Shown piece by piece: positions 11,901-21,020 of a stretch of 23,573 nt of DNA; positions within the stretch are counted from its first letter, which is position 1, and each line of letters starts with the position of its first letter. The notes under the pieces are model-generated. The model searched no databases. It was not told the origin of the DNA and saw only the letters and a list, made by a program, of their open reading frames with translations. This DNA is from Macrostomum lignano (taxonomy: Eukaryota). The stretch spans positions 1 through 23,573 of the forward strand of contig NIVC01005177.1 in NCBI GenBank assembly GCA_002269645.1, in the 5' to 3' direction. Made by a program: the position numbers and the translations under genes.

Positions 11901-14900
11901 TTTAACGATACGTCGCTTACTCACTCGTCGGCGTCGGCGGCGGACTACTTTTCGGCGGACCACGCGCTTGCGGATCACTCGTCGGCAGATGCGCTTGATC
12001 ACACGTTTTGTCACGCGTCGTCCCTTAATGACTCGGCGTCGGATGATGCGCTTGATCACGCGTCGTATCTTGCGTCGGCCCTTAGTCACTCGTTTGCGGA
12101 CGACTCGTCGGATGATGCGCTTGACCTTGCGGACGCTGCGTTTAATGCGTTTAACGATACGTCGCTTACTCACTCGTCGGCGTCGGCGGCGGACTACTTT
12201 TCGGCGGACCACGCGCTTGCGGATCACTCGTCGGCAGATGCGCTTGATCACACGTTTTGTCACGCGTCGTCCCTTAATGACTCGGCGTCGGATGATGCGC
12301 TTGATCACGCGTCGTATCTGCGTCGGCCCTTAGTCACTCGTTTGCGGACGACTCGTCGGATGATGCGCTTGACCTTGCGGACGCTGCGTTTAATGCGTTT
12401 AACGATACGTCGCTTACTCACTCGTCGGCGTCGGCGGCGGACTACTTTTCGGCGGACCACGCGCTTGCGGATCACTCGTCGGCAGATGCGCTTGATCACA
12501 CGTTTTGTCACGCGTCGTCCCTTAATGACTCGGCGTCGGATGATGCGCTTGATCACGCGTCGTATCTGCGTCGGCCCTTAGTCACTCGTTTGCGGACGAC
12601 TCGTCGGATGATGCGCTTGACCTTGCGGACGCTGCGTTTAATGCGTTTAACGATACGTCGCTTACTCACTCGTCGGCGTCGGCGGCGGACTACTTTTCGG
12701 CGGACCACGCGCTTGCGGATCACTCGTCGGCAGATGCGCTTGATCACACGTTTTGTCACGCGTCGTCCCTTAATGACTCGGCGTCGGATGATGCGCTTGA
12801 TCACGCGTCGTATCTTGCGTCGGCCCTTAGTCACTCGTTTGCGGACGACTCGTCGGATGATGCGCTTGACCTTGCGGACGCTGCGTTTAATGCGTTTAAC
12901 GATACGTCGCTTACTCACTCGTCGGCGTCGGCGGCGGACTACTTTTCGGCGGACCACGCGCTTGCGGATCACTCGTCGGCAGATGCGCTTGATCACACGT
13001 TTTGTCACGCGTCGTCCCTTAATGACTCGGCGTCGGATGATGCGCTTGATCACGCGTCGTATCTGCGTCGGCCCTTAGTCACTCGTTTGCGGACGACTCG
13101 TCGGATGATGCGCTTGACCTTGCGGACGCTGCGTTTAATGCGTTTAACGATACGTCGCTTACTCACTCGTCGGCGTCGGCGGCGGACTACTTTTCGGCGG
13201 ACCACGCGCTTGCGGATCACTCGTCGGCAGATGCGCTTGATCACACGTTTTGTCACGCGTCGTCCCTTAATGACTCGGCGTCGGATGATGCGCTTGATCA
13301 CGCGTCGTATCTTGCGTCGGCCCTTAGTCACTCGTTTGCGGACGACTCGTCGGATGATGCGCTTGACCTTGCGGACGCTGCGTTTAATGCGTTTAACGAT
13401 ACGTCGCTTACTCACTCGTCGGCGTCGGCGGCGGACTACTTTTCGGCGGACCACGCGCTTGCGGATCACTCGTCGGCAGATGCGCTTGATCACACGTTTT
13501 GTCACGCGTCGTCCCTTAATGACTCGGCGTCGGATGATGCGCTTGATCACGCGTCGTATCTGCGTCGGCCCTTAGTCACTCGTTTGCGGACGACTCGTCG
13601 GATGATGCGCTTGACCTTGCGGACGCTGCGTTTAATGCGTTTAACGATACGTCGCTTACTCACTCGTCGGCGTCGGCGGCGGACTACTTTTCGGCGGACC
13701 ACGCGCTTGCGGATCACTCGTCGGCAGATGCGCTTGATCACACGTTTTGTCACGCGTCGTCCCTTAATGACTCGGCGTCGGATGATGCGCTTGATCACGC
13801 GTCGTATCTTGCGTCGGCCCTTAGTCACTCGTTTGCGGACGACTCGTCGGATGATGCGCTTGACCTTGCGGACGCTGCGTTTAATGCGTTTAACGATACG
13901 TCGCTTACTCACTCGTCGGCGTCGGCGGCGGACTACTTTTCGGCGGACCACGCGCTTGCGGATCACTCGTCGGCAGATGCGCTTGATCACACGTTTTGTC
14001 ACGCGTCGTCCCTTAATGACTCGGCGTCGGATGATGCGCTTGATCACGCGTCGTATCTGCGTCGGCCCTTAGTCACTCGTTTGCGGACGACTCGTCGGAT
14101 GATGCGCTTGACCTTGCGGACGCTGCGTTTAATGCGTTTAACGATACGTCGCTTACTCACTCGTCGGCGTCGGCGGCGGACTACTTTTCGGCGGACCACG
14201 CGCTTGCGGATCACTCGTCGGCAGATGCGCTTGATCACACGTTTTGTCACGCGTCGTCCCTTAATGACTCGGCGTCGGATGATGCGCTTGATCACGCGTC
14301 GTATCTGCGTCGGCCCTTAGTCACTCGTTTGCGGACGACTCGTCGGATGATGCGCTTGACCTTGCGGACGCTGCGTTTAATGCGTTTAACGATACGTCGC
14401 TTACTCACTCGTCGGCGTCGGCGGCGGACTACTTTTCGGCGGACCACGCGCTTGCGGATCACTCGTCGGCAGATGCGCTTGATCACACGTTTTGTCACGC
14501 GTCGTCCCTTAATGACTCGGCGTCGGATGATGCGCTTGATCACGCGTCGTATCTGCGTCGGCCCTTAGTCACTCGTTTGCGGACGACTCGTCGGATGATG
14601 CGCTTGACCTTGCGGACGCTGCGTTTAATGCGTTTAACGATACGTCGCTTACTCACTCGTCGGCGTCGGCGGCGGACTACTTTTCGGCGGACCACGCGCT
14701 TGCGGATCACTCGTCGGCAGATGCGCTTGATCACACGTTTTGTCACGCGTCGTCCCTTAATGACTCGGCGTCGGATGATGCGCTTGATCACGCGTCGTAT
14801 CTGCGTCGGCCCTTAGTCACTCGTTTGCGGACGACTCGTCGGATGATGCGCTTGACCTTGCGGACGCTGCGTTTAATGCGTTTAACGATACGTCGCTTAC

Positions 14901-17900
14901 TCACTCGTCGGCGTCGGCGGCGGACTACTTTTCGGCGGACCACGCGCTTGCGGATCACTCGTCGGCAGATGCGCTTGATCACACGTTTTGTCACGCGTCG
15001 TCCCTTAATGACTCGGCGTCGGATGATGCGCTTGATCACGCGTCGTATCTGGCGTCGGCCCTTAGTCACTCGTTTGCGGACGACTCGTCGGATGATGCGC
15101 TTGACCTTGCGGACGCTGCGTTTAATGCGTTTAACGATACGTCGCTTACTCACTCGTCGGCGTCGGCGGCGGACTACTTTTCGGCGGACCACGCGCTTGC
15201 GGATCACTCGTCGGCAGATGCGCTTGATCACACGTTTTGTCACGCGTCGTCCCTTAATGACTCGGCGTCGGATGATGCGCTTGATCACGCGTCGTATCTG
15301 CGTCGGCCCTTAGTCACTCGTTTGCGGACGACTCGTCGGATGATGCGCTTGACCTTGCGGACGCTGCGTTTAATGCGTTTAACGATACGTCGCTTACTCA
15401 CTCGTCGGCGTCGGCGGCGGACTACTTTTCGGCGGACCACGCGCTTGCGGATCACTCGTCGGCAGATGCGCTTGATCACACGTTTTGTCACGCGTCGTCC
15501 CTTAATGACTCGGCGTCGGATGATGCGCTTGATCACGCGTCGTATCTGGCGTCGGCCCTTAGTCACTCGTTTGCGGACGACTCGTCGGATGATGCGCTTG
15601 ACCTTGCGGACGCTGCGTTTAATGCGTTTAACGATACGTCGCTTACTCACTCGTCGGCGTCGGCGGCGGACTACTTTTCGGCGGACCACGCGCTTGCGGA
15701 TCACTCGTCGGCAGATGCGCTTGATCACACGTTTTGTCACGCGTCGTCCCTTAATGACTCGGCGTCGGATGATGCGCTTGATCACGCGTCGTATCTGGCG
15801 TCGGCCCTTAGTCACTCGTTTGCGGACGACTCGTCGGATGATGCGCTTGACCTTGCGGACGCTGCGTTTAATGCGTTTAACGATACGTCGCTTACTCACT
15901 CGTCGGCGTCGGCGGCGGACTACTTTTCGGCGGACCACGCGCTTGCGGATCACTCGTCGGCAGATGCGCTTGATCACACGTTTTGTCACGCGTCGTCCCT
16001 TAATGACTCGGCGTCGGATGATGCGCTTGATCACGCGTCGTATCTGCGTCGGCCCTTAGTCACTCGTTTGCGGACGACTCGTCGGATGATGCGCTTGACC
16101 TTGCGGACGCTGCGTTTAATGCGTTTAACGATACGTCGCTTACTCACTCGTCGGCGTCGGCGGCGGACTACTTTTCGGCGGACCACGCGCTTGCGGATCA
16201 CTCGTCGGCAGATGCGCTTGATCACACGTTTTGTCACGCGTCGTCCCTTAATGACTCGGCGTCGGATGATGCGCTTGATCACGCGTCGTATCTGCGTCGG
16301 CCCTTAGTCACTCGTTTGCGGACGACTCGTCGATGATGCGCTTGACCTTGCGGACGCTGCGTTTAATGCGTTTAACGATACGTCGCTTACTCACTCGTCG
16401 GCGTCGGCGGCGGACTACTTTTCGGCGGACCACGCGCTTGCGGATCACTCGTCGGCAGATGCGCTTGATCACACGTTTTGTCACGCGTCGTCCCTTAATG
16501 ACTCGGCGTCGGATGATGCGCTTGATCACGCGTCGTATCTGGCGTCGGCCCTTAGTCACTCGTTGCGGACGATCGTCGGAGATGGCTTGACCTTGCGGAC
16601 GCTGCGTTTACGTTTAACGATACGTCGCTTACTCTCGGCGTCGTGGCGGACTACTTTTCGGCGGACCACGCGCTTGCGGATCACTCGTCGGCAGATGCGC
16701 TTGATCACACGTTTTGTCACGCGTCGTCCCTTAATGACTCGGCGTCGGATGATGCGCTTGATCACGCGTCGTATCTGGGTCGGCCCTTAGTCACTCGTTT
16801 GCGGACGACTCGTCGGATGATGCGCTTGACCTTCGGACGCTGCGTTTAATGCGTTTAACGATACGTCGCTTACTCAGTCGGCGTCGGCGGCGGACTACTT
16901 TTCGGCGGACCACGCGCTTGCGGATCACTCGTCGGCAGATGCGCTTGATCACACGTTTTGTCACGCGTCGTGGGATAAATTGATTTCATGTGATCGGAAA
17001 ACTTTCCTGTGTTATTTTGAGTTGAATATGTTTTCATTGTGTTTGGACTCCAGTATACAGCCCTTTATGAAACATTGTACCAAAACTTGCGTTAGTTACG
17101 CAAGAATGTAAGGCATGCACGTTTAGGAGTGACGGAAGAATGTTAAGCGTTAAGTTGTGGTTTTTCACGTGGAATCCCCATTTATCCAATTTCTCCCCAC
17201 AGAGATCCCGTGCTAAAGTGGTCGGGCTTTCTGCATAACGGGAGATGTTTGGCTCCAAATGAAGGGATTGGCGTAGAGAAATCGGGACCCAATTATTCAG
17301 GCTCCATTTTGACTCCTAAGTTTACATCCTCTTTGCTTTATTGACAGTAAATTGTCAGAAAAGGTTGAAGTTGTCAATTTCCTGTGCCCGTTTAATGAGG
17401 AACAATATAAGGAGATCGATTAGGCTCTTGCATAATCTATGGAAAAAGATACACGAGCGACACGAGACTGGCCACGTATCACTACTTGGTGTCGCTTGCT
17501 GGACCACGCGCTTGCGGATCACTCGTCGGCAGATGCGCTTGATCACACGTTTTGTCACGCGTCGTCCCTTAATGACTCGGCGTCGGATGATGCGCTTGAT
17601 CACGCGTCGTATCTGGCGTCGGCCCTTAGTCACTCGTTTGCGGACGACTCGTCGGATGATGCGCTTGACCTTGCGGACGCTGCGTTTAATGCGTTTAACG
17701 ATACGTCGCTTACTCACTCGTCGGCGTCGGCGGCGGACTATTTTCGGCGGACCACGCGCTTGCGGATCACTCGTCGGCAGATGCGCTTGATCACACGTTT
17801 TGTCACGCGTCGTCCCTTAATGACTCGGCGTCGGATGATGCGCTTGATCACGCGTCGTATCTGCGTCGGCCCTTAGTCACTCGTTTGCGGACGACTCGTC

Positions 17901-18504
17901 GGATGATGCGCTTGACCTTGCGGACGCTGCGTTTAATGCGTTTAACGATACGTCGCTTACTCACTCGTCGGCGTCGGCGGCGGACTACTTTTCGGCGGAC
18001 GCACGCGCTTGCGGATCACTCGTCGGCAGATGCGCTTGATCACACGTTTTGTCACGCGTCGTCCCTTAATGACGGGCGTCGGATGATGCGCTTGATCACG
18101 CGTCGTATCTGAACATCCCAGAAAGACCGGCATTATTAGCAGTGTATAAAAACCTGTTGCGATAGAAAAGAACAGGAAAGAGTGTCCAATGCGGGGGAAG
18201 AAGCGTCCAAGGCGGGGAAAGAGTGTCTAAGGGAGGGAGTGTCCGAAAGACAGGAAAGATGCCCAAAGGACCAGAGGACAGGAAGTGTCCAAAGAACAGG
18301 ACAGGACGCAGTGGAACATTTAGCATGCATTTACCGGTATGCATGAGATTCGCCAATAGGCAAGAGATGTGTAAGAGCGATTGAAACAAAGGACACAGGC
18401 TAACACAACAGCTTACTCTTGGCTGGAAGGCTGGATAAGCTGGCACCATTGGCGGACATGGCTGCCCAGACAGCGAGGATCAGCAGCAGCAGCCAGAGCC
18501 TCAT
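2661..18504 (-). CDS. Giant secreted Arg/Lys/Ile/Val-repeat protein gene. Proposed exons: 18504-18417, 18108 (or 18153)-3392, 3275-3189, 3086-3042, 2953-2661 (or 2654)
   Basis: Signal-peptide exon. Four GT-AG introns, all phase 1, join open frames exactly (internal exons of 87 and 45 nt). The unique tail and repeat share a basic composition. Frame breaks remain at the 248-bp units, 18001, the 16972-17500 insert, the degenerate units at 16330-16880 and 3909-3960. Confidence 0.72.
2667..2911. repeat. 27-bp coding tandem repeat, 9 units (8 x 27 bp + 1 x 25 bp)
   Basis: TCCGTGACGACCGGG[C/T]CAGTGCTGGTC repeated. The C/T variant gives Gly/Asp on the minus strand. Confidence 0.95.
3042..3086 (-). 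CDS. 45-nt micro-exon: SGSSSTTSSHSGGRT
   Basis: Acceptor TTTCGCAG| (3087) and donor |GTGAGC (3041). Phase 1-1, open frame. Flanking introns are 102 and 88 nt. Confidence 0.72.
3189..3275 (-). CDS. 87-nt exon: DGGVVSKAGGAGIKKSSAGWSGWKTVKVG
   Basis: Acceptor TACTTTAG| (3276) and donor |GTGAGT (3188). Phase 1-1, open frame. Upstream intron is 116 nt. Confidence 0.75.
3392..3908 (-). CDS. Unique basic tail following the repeat array: SVSSCKRRRGLNSRVKSLSRVRRILRLKK...NQLYNWEYKTLISETT
   Basis: Same frame as ORF 3369..3878 extended upstream to 3908. R/K-rich composition fades to neutral. Ends at donor ACCG|GTGAGT (intron starts at 3391) before the ORF's stop. Confidence 0.72.
3935..16971. repeat. 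Main 249/248-bp tandem array, about 52 units; the minus strand encodes IRRVIKRIIRRRVIKGRRVTKRVIKRICRRVIRKRVVRRKVVRRRRRRVSKRRIVKRIKRSVRKVKRIIRRVVRKRVTKGRR[K/Q]
   Basis: Period read directly; ORF lengths are multiples of 83 aa (1826 = 22 x 83, 664 = 8 x 83). Units look identical except one site, plus indels in 16330-16880. Confidence 0.98.
16972..17500. other. 529-bp AT-rich non-repeat segment interrupting the array (insertion, unresolved intron or assembly artefact)
   Basis: The repeat stops at ...CACGCGTCGT (16971) and resumes at GGACCACGCG (17501). No GT-AG at the boundaries, no terminal inverted repeats and no recognisable protein. Confidence 0.6.
17501..18111. repeat. Second block of the 249-bp array, about 2.4 units (5' end of the coding repeat)
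   Basis: Same unit sequence. It ends exactly at the proposed acceptor TTCAG|ATACGA on the minus strand. Confidence 0.95.
18109..18416 (-). other. Intron 1 of the giant gene (308 nt; alternative acceptor at 18154 gives 263 nt), containing degenerate GGAAAGAGTGTCC-like repeats
   Basis: Donor AAGA|GTAAGC. A CTAAT branch-like motif lies about 27 nt upstream of TTCAG. A second acceptor, TTTTCTATCGCAACAG, lies 45 nt upstream in the same phase. Confidence 0.65.
18417..18504 (-). CDS. Exon 1, signal peptide: MRLWLLLLILAVWAAMSANG^ASLSSLPAK
   Basis: ATG at 18504 with A at -3 is the first in-frame ATG after an upstream TGA. Clear n/h/c regions with an A-N-G cleavage motif. 88 nt = 29 codons + 1, followed by GTAAGC. 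Confidence 0.8.
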
Positions 18505-19704
18505 GTTGAGTCCGGCCGCCGCTTGCGAAGCAATGTTTGCTGATGACAACCGGCCAGCAATGCAGTTGCCTGGTTGAGATTTTTTGCAGCAGAGTTTCGT
18601 TTGTCAAAACAGACAAGCTGGCTGTGGAGTTTCTCGCTCCGCAGGTTCTCTCTTCTGCCAACGTTGATCCAAATGGGGGACTCACCGTGGTTAGCTGGGG
18701 GACTTCGGAGAGAAGTGAGGCTTCAGGCGAAGAGCCAGCTGGCTGGTGGGCCGGCGGTTTTATCGCGCTGCCGATACCAGCATTGCGGCCTTCGTGCTGC
18801 GTCGATCGCGCCACCACCCGCCTGACCGCCCCCCCCTCCTTACCCTCCGCGGACCATCGCCGTTCCTGCGAAGGAAGCGCTACAAAAAACCAGCTGGCCT
18901 CGAGACCGAGCTGCCGCTGCTTTTGTTTTGCTCTTCCGGAGCCTCCCGGGCTTGCAGCCGTCGACAGCAACGGCGGGGAGGTGGGGTGGGGGCACTGCTG
19001 CAGTCCTCTACTCTCCGCCCCTCTCCGCCAGGCCACCCACGGCCGAGAGTTGCTGATTCAGCAGGTGGAGCTCCTGGCCAGCCCCCCAAGCCCCCCGCTC
19101 TGCAGTAATCGATTCAGCGATACTTCAGCAAGTTGGCAGCCGCAACGCTGCGCTGTCTTGGGTGGTGCCGGAATGACGAGCAACTGCAACCACTGGCTGC
19201 GCCCAGCAGTGCCCAACTCGCATTACCAACCCCCCCCCTCAGTCCAGAGCTGGCAGAGTCCTGCACCCGCAAATTGGAGAACTCGAAAGTCATAAACAGC
19301 GCCAGAGAGAATCGATCAGCCTCTCCCTGCTCAACTCAACCACCCAGAGCTCCAGTTCGAGGATAAATTCCAGGGCATCGAAAGCTGCCGAAAACAAAAA
19401 ATAAACAACAACAGAAGACGCAACACTTTAACTGAAAAGTGAACAGCAAACTAAACAAATGCCGTGTGCGGATATCAATATCAAACAGTCGCGTTTTATC
19501 TGATTATGAATTCTTTAACAAACTCAATCCGTGAAGCAGCTGAATTAACTATCAGCACTGACTAGTTGGGACACTGCGAATAAAATAGTAAAACTGCAAG
19601 CACTGCGATAGCGCAAGCTTTGAAAATAAGTAGCTCGTAATATCGAATGCTCTTCGCGATTAGTAAGTGCAATAAGAGAAAACTTATTGAAACACGGAAA
19701 CAAG

Positions 19705-20228
19705 GAGACACGAGTGAAACACGAGTGAGACACGAGTGAGACACGATTGACACACGAGTGAGACACGAGTGAGACACGGGTGAGACACGGGTGAGACACG
19801 ATTGACACACGAGTAAGACACGAGTGAGACACGGGTGAGACACGGGTGAGACACGGGTGAGACACGGGTGAGACACGATTGACACACGAGTAAGACACGA
19901 GTGAGACACGGGTGAGACACGGGTGAGACACGATTGACACACGAGTAAGACACGAGTGAGACACGAGTGAAACACGAGTGAGACACGGGTGAGACACGAT
20001 TGACACACGAGTAAGACACGGGTGAGACACGAGTGAGACACGAGTGAGACACGATTGACACACGAGTGAGACACAAGTGAGACACGAGTGAGACACGAGT
20101 GAGACACGAGTGAGACACGAGTGAGACACGAGTGAGACACAAGTGAGACACGAGTGAGACACGAGTGAGACACGAGTGAGACACGAGTGAGACACAAGTG
20201 AGACACGAGTGAGACACGAGTGAGACAC
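19705..20228. repeat. 11-bp minisatellite GAGTGAGACAC, about 47 copies (variants GGGTGAGACAC, GATTGACACAC, GAGTAAGACAC, AAGTGAGACAC)
   Basis: Direct tandem repeat; ORF translations show an 11-aa (33-nt) period. Confidence 0.95.
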
Positions 20229-20643
20229 AGTTAGCTGAGTGAGCAAAAGTTGAGCCAGATAAACAAAAATGTTGCATTTTAATATTTTAGCAAATAAACA
20301 AAATTTTGTTGAACGGACGCTAAAGCTTACAGAAAAACATTTCTTAGAATCTAAACTAAAAGCTAAATTCGCATTGGAATTGACGAGTAAAAAATAAACT
20401 GTTAAAGGAACTAATCTACCAGCTAGTGGCAAAAAGGGCAAAAAGTTGAATGAAGAGTTGTATAAAATTTCTAATATTTTGATAACAAAAATTACTCTCA
20501 AGGAATTTAGCTCTGCAAATAAAAAAGAAGAGCTCACGGAGAACTTCCATCCTGGAACTATACATAAAATATCTGCTTGGAAAAATGTTTAGAAATAGCA
20601 GAATAATAAAGCTGAATGCTAAGCAGCAAAAGTAATAGATAAT

Positions 20644-20940
20644 CCAGGTCATAGATAGATCCGGTCATACATAGTTCCGGTCATAGATAGATCCGGTCAT
20701 ACATGTACATAGTTCCGGTCATAGATAGATCCGGTCATACATAGTTTCGGTCATAGATAGATCCGGTCATACATAGTTCCGGTCATAGATAGATCCGGTC
20801 ATAAATAGTTCCGGTCATAGATAGATCCGGTCATACATAGTTCCGGTCATAGATAGATCCGGTCATAAATAGTTTTGGTCATAGATATCCGGTCATAAAT
20901 AGTTCCGGTCATAGATATCCGGTCAAAGTTCCGGTCAAAG
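20644..20940. repeat. 16-bp minisatellite with 32-bp higher-order dimer (CCGGTCATAGATAGAT / CCGGTCATACATAGTT)
   Basis: Two alternating 16-mers read directly. Confidence 0.93.
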
Positions 20941-21020
20941 ACAGTTCAGTAATAGACAGATCAGATCCGATAAATTTGGTCATGATCGCATTGGTGAAGA
21001 AAGATTCGGTGACAGACAGA

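Noticed and set aside
17343-17500. Integrase-like HxxxH (IHERHETGH), or a ciliate-code frame, in the insert
   Set aside because: Too short and unsupported by other retroelement motifs. The standard code works for all three genes.
3935-18111. Non-coding satellite or CRISPR-like array
   Set aside because: There are no unique spacers. The unit length is a multiple of 3 with an open, compositionally coherent frame, flanked by in-frame spliced exons.
2661-18504. Identification as Mlig-ap1 or Mlig-ap2 adhesive protein
   Set aside because: No C-type lectin, vWD, TIL, EGF or thrombospondin-type Cys-rich domains are visible. Only the K/R-rich character is shared, so no symbol was assigned.
18413-19366. 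ORFs 18537..19295 (+), 18413..19036 (-) and others
   Set aside because: GC-rich sequence with overlapping ORFs on both strands, no recognisable domain and no consistent splice structure.
19545-20537. ORFs with (TRVSLVSHSCL)n
   Set aside because: Translations of the 11-bp minisatellite in several frames.
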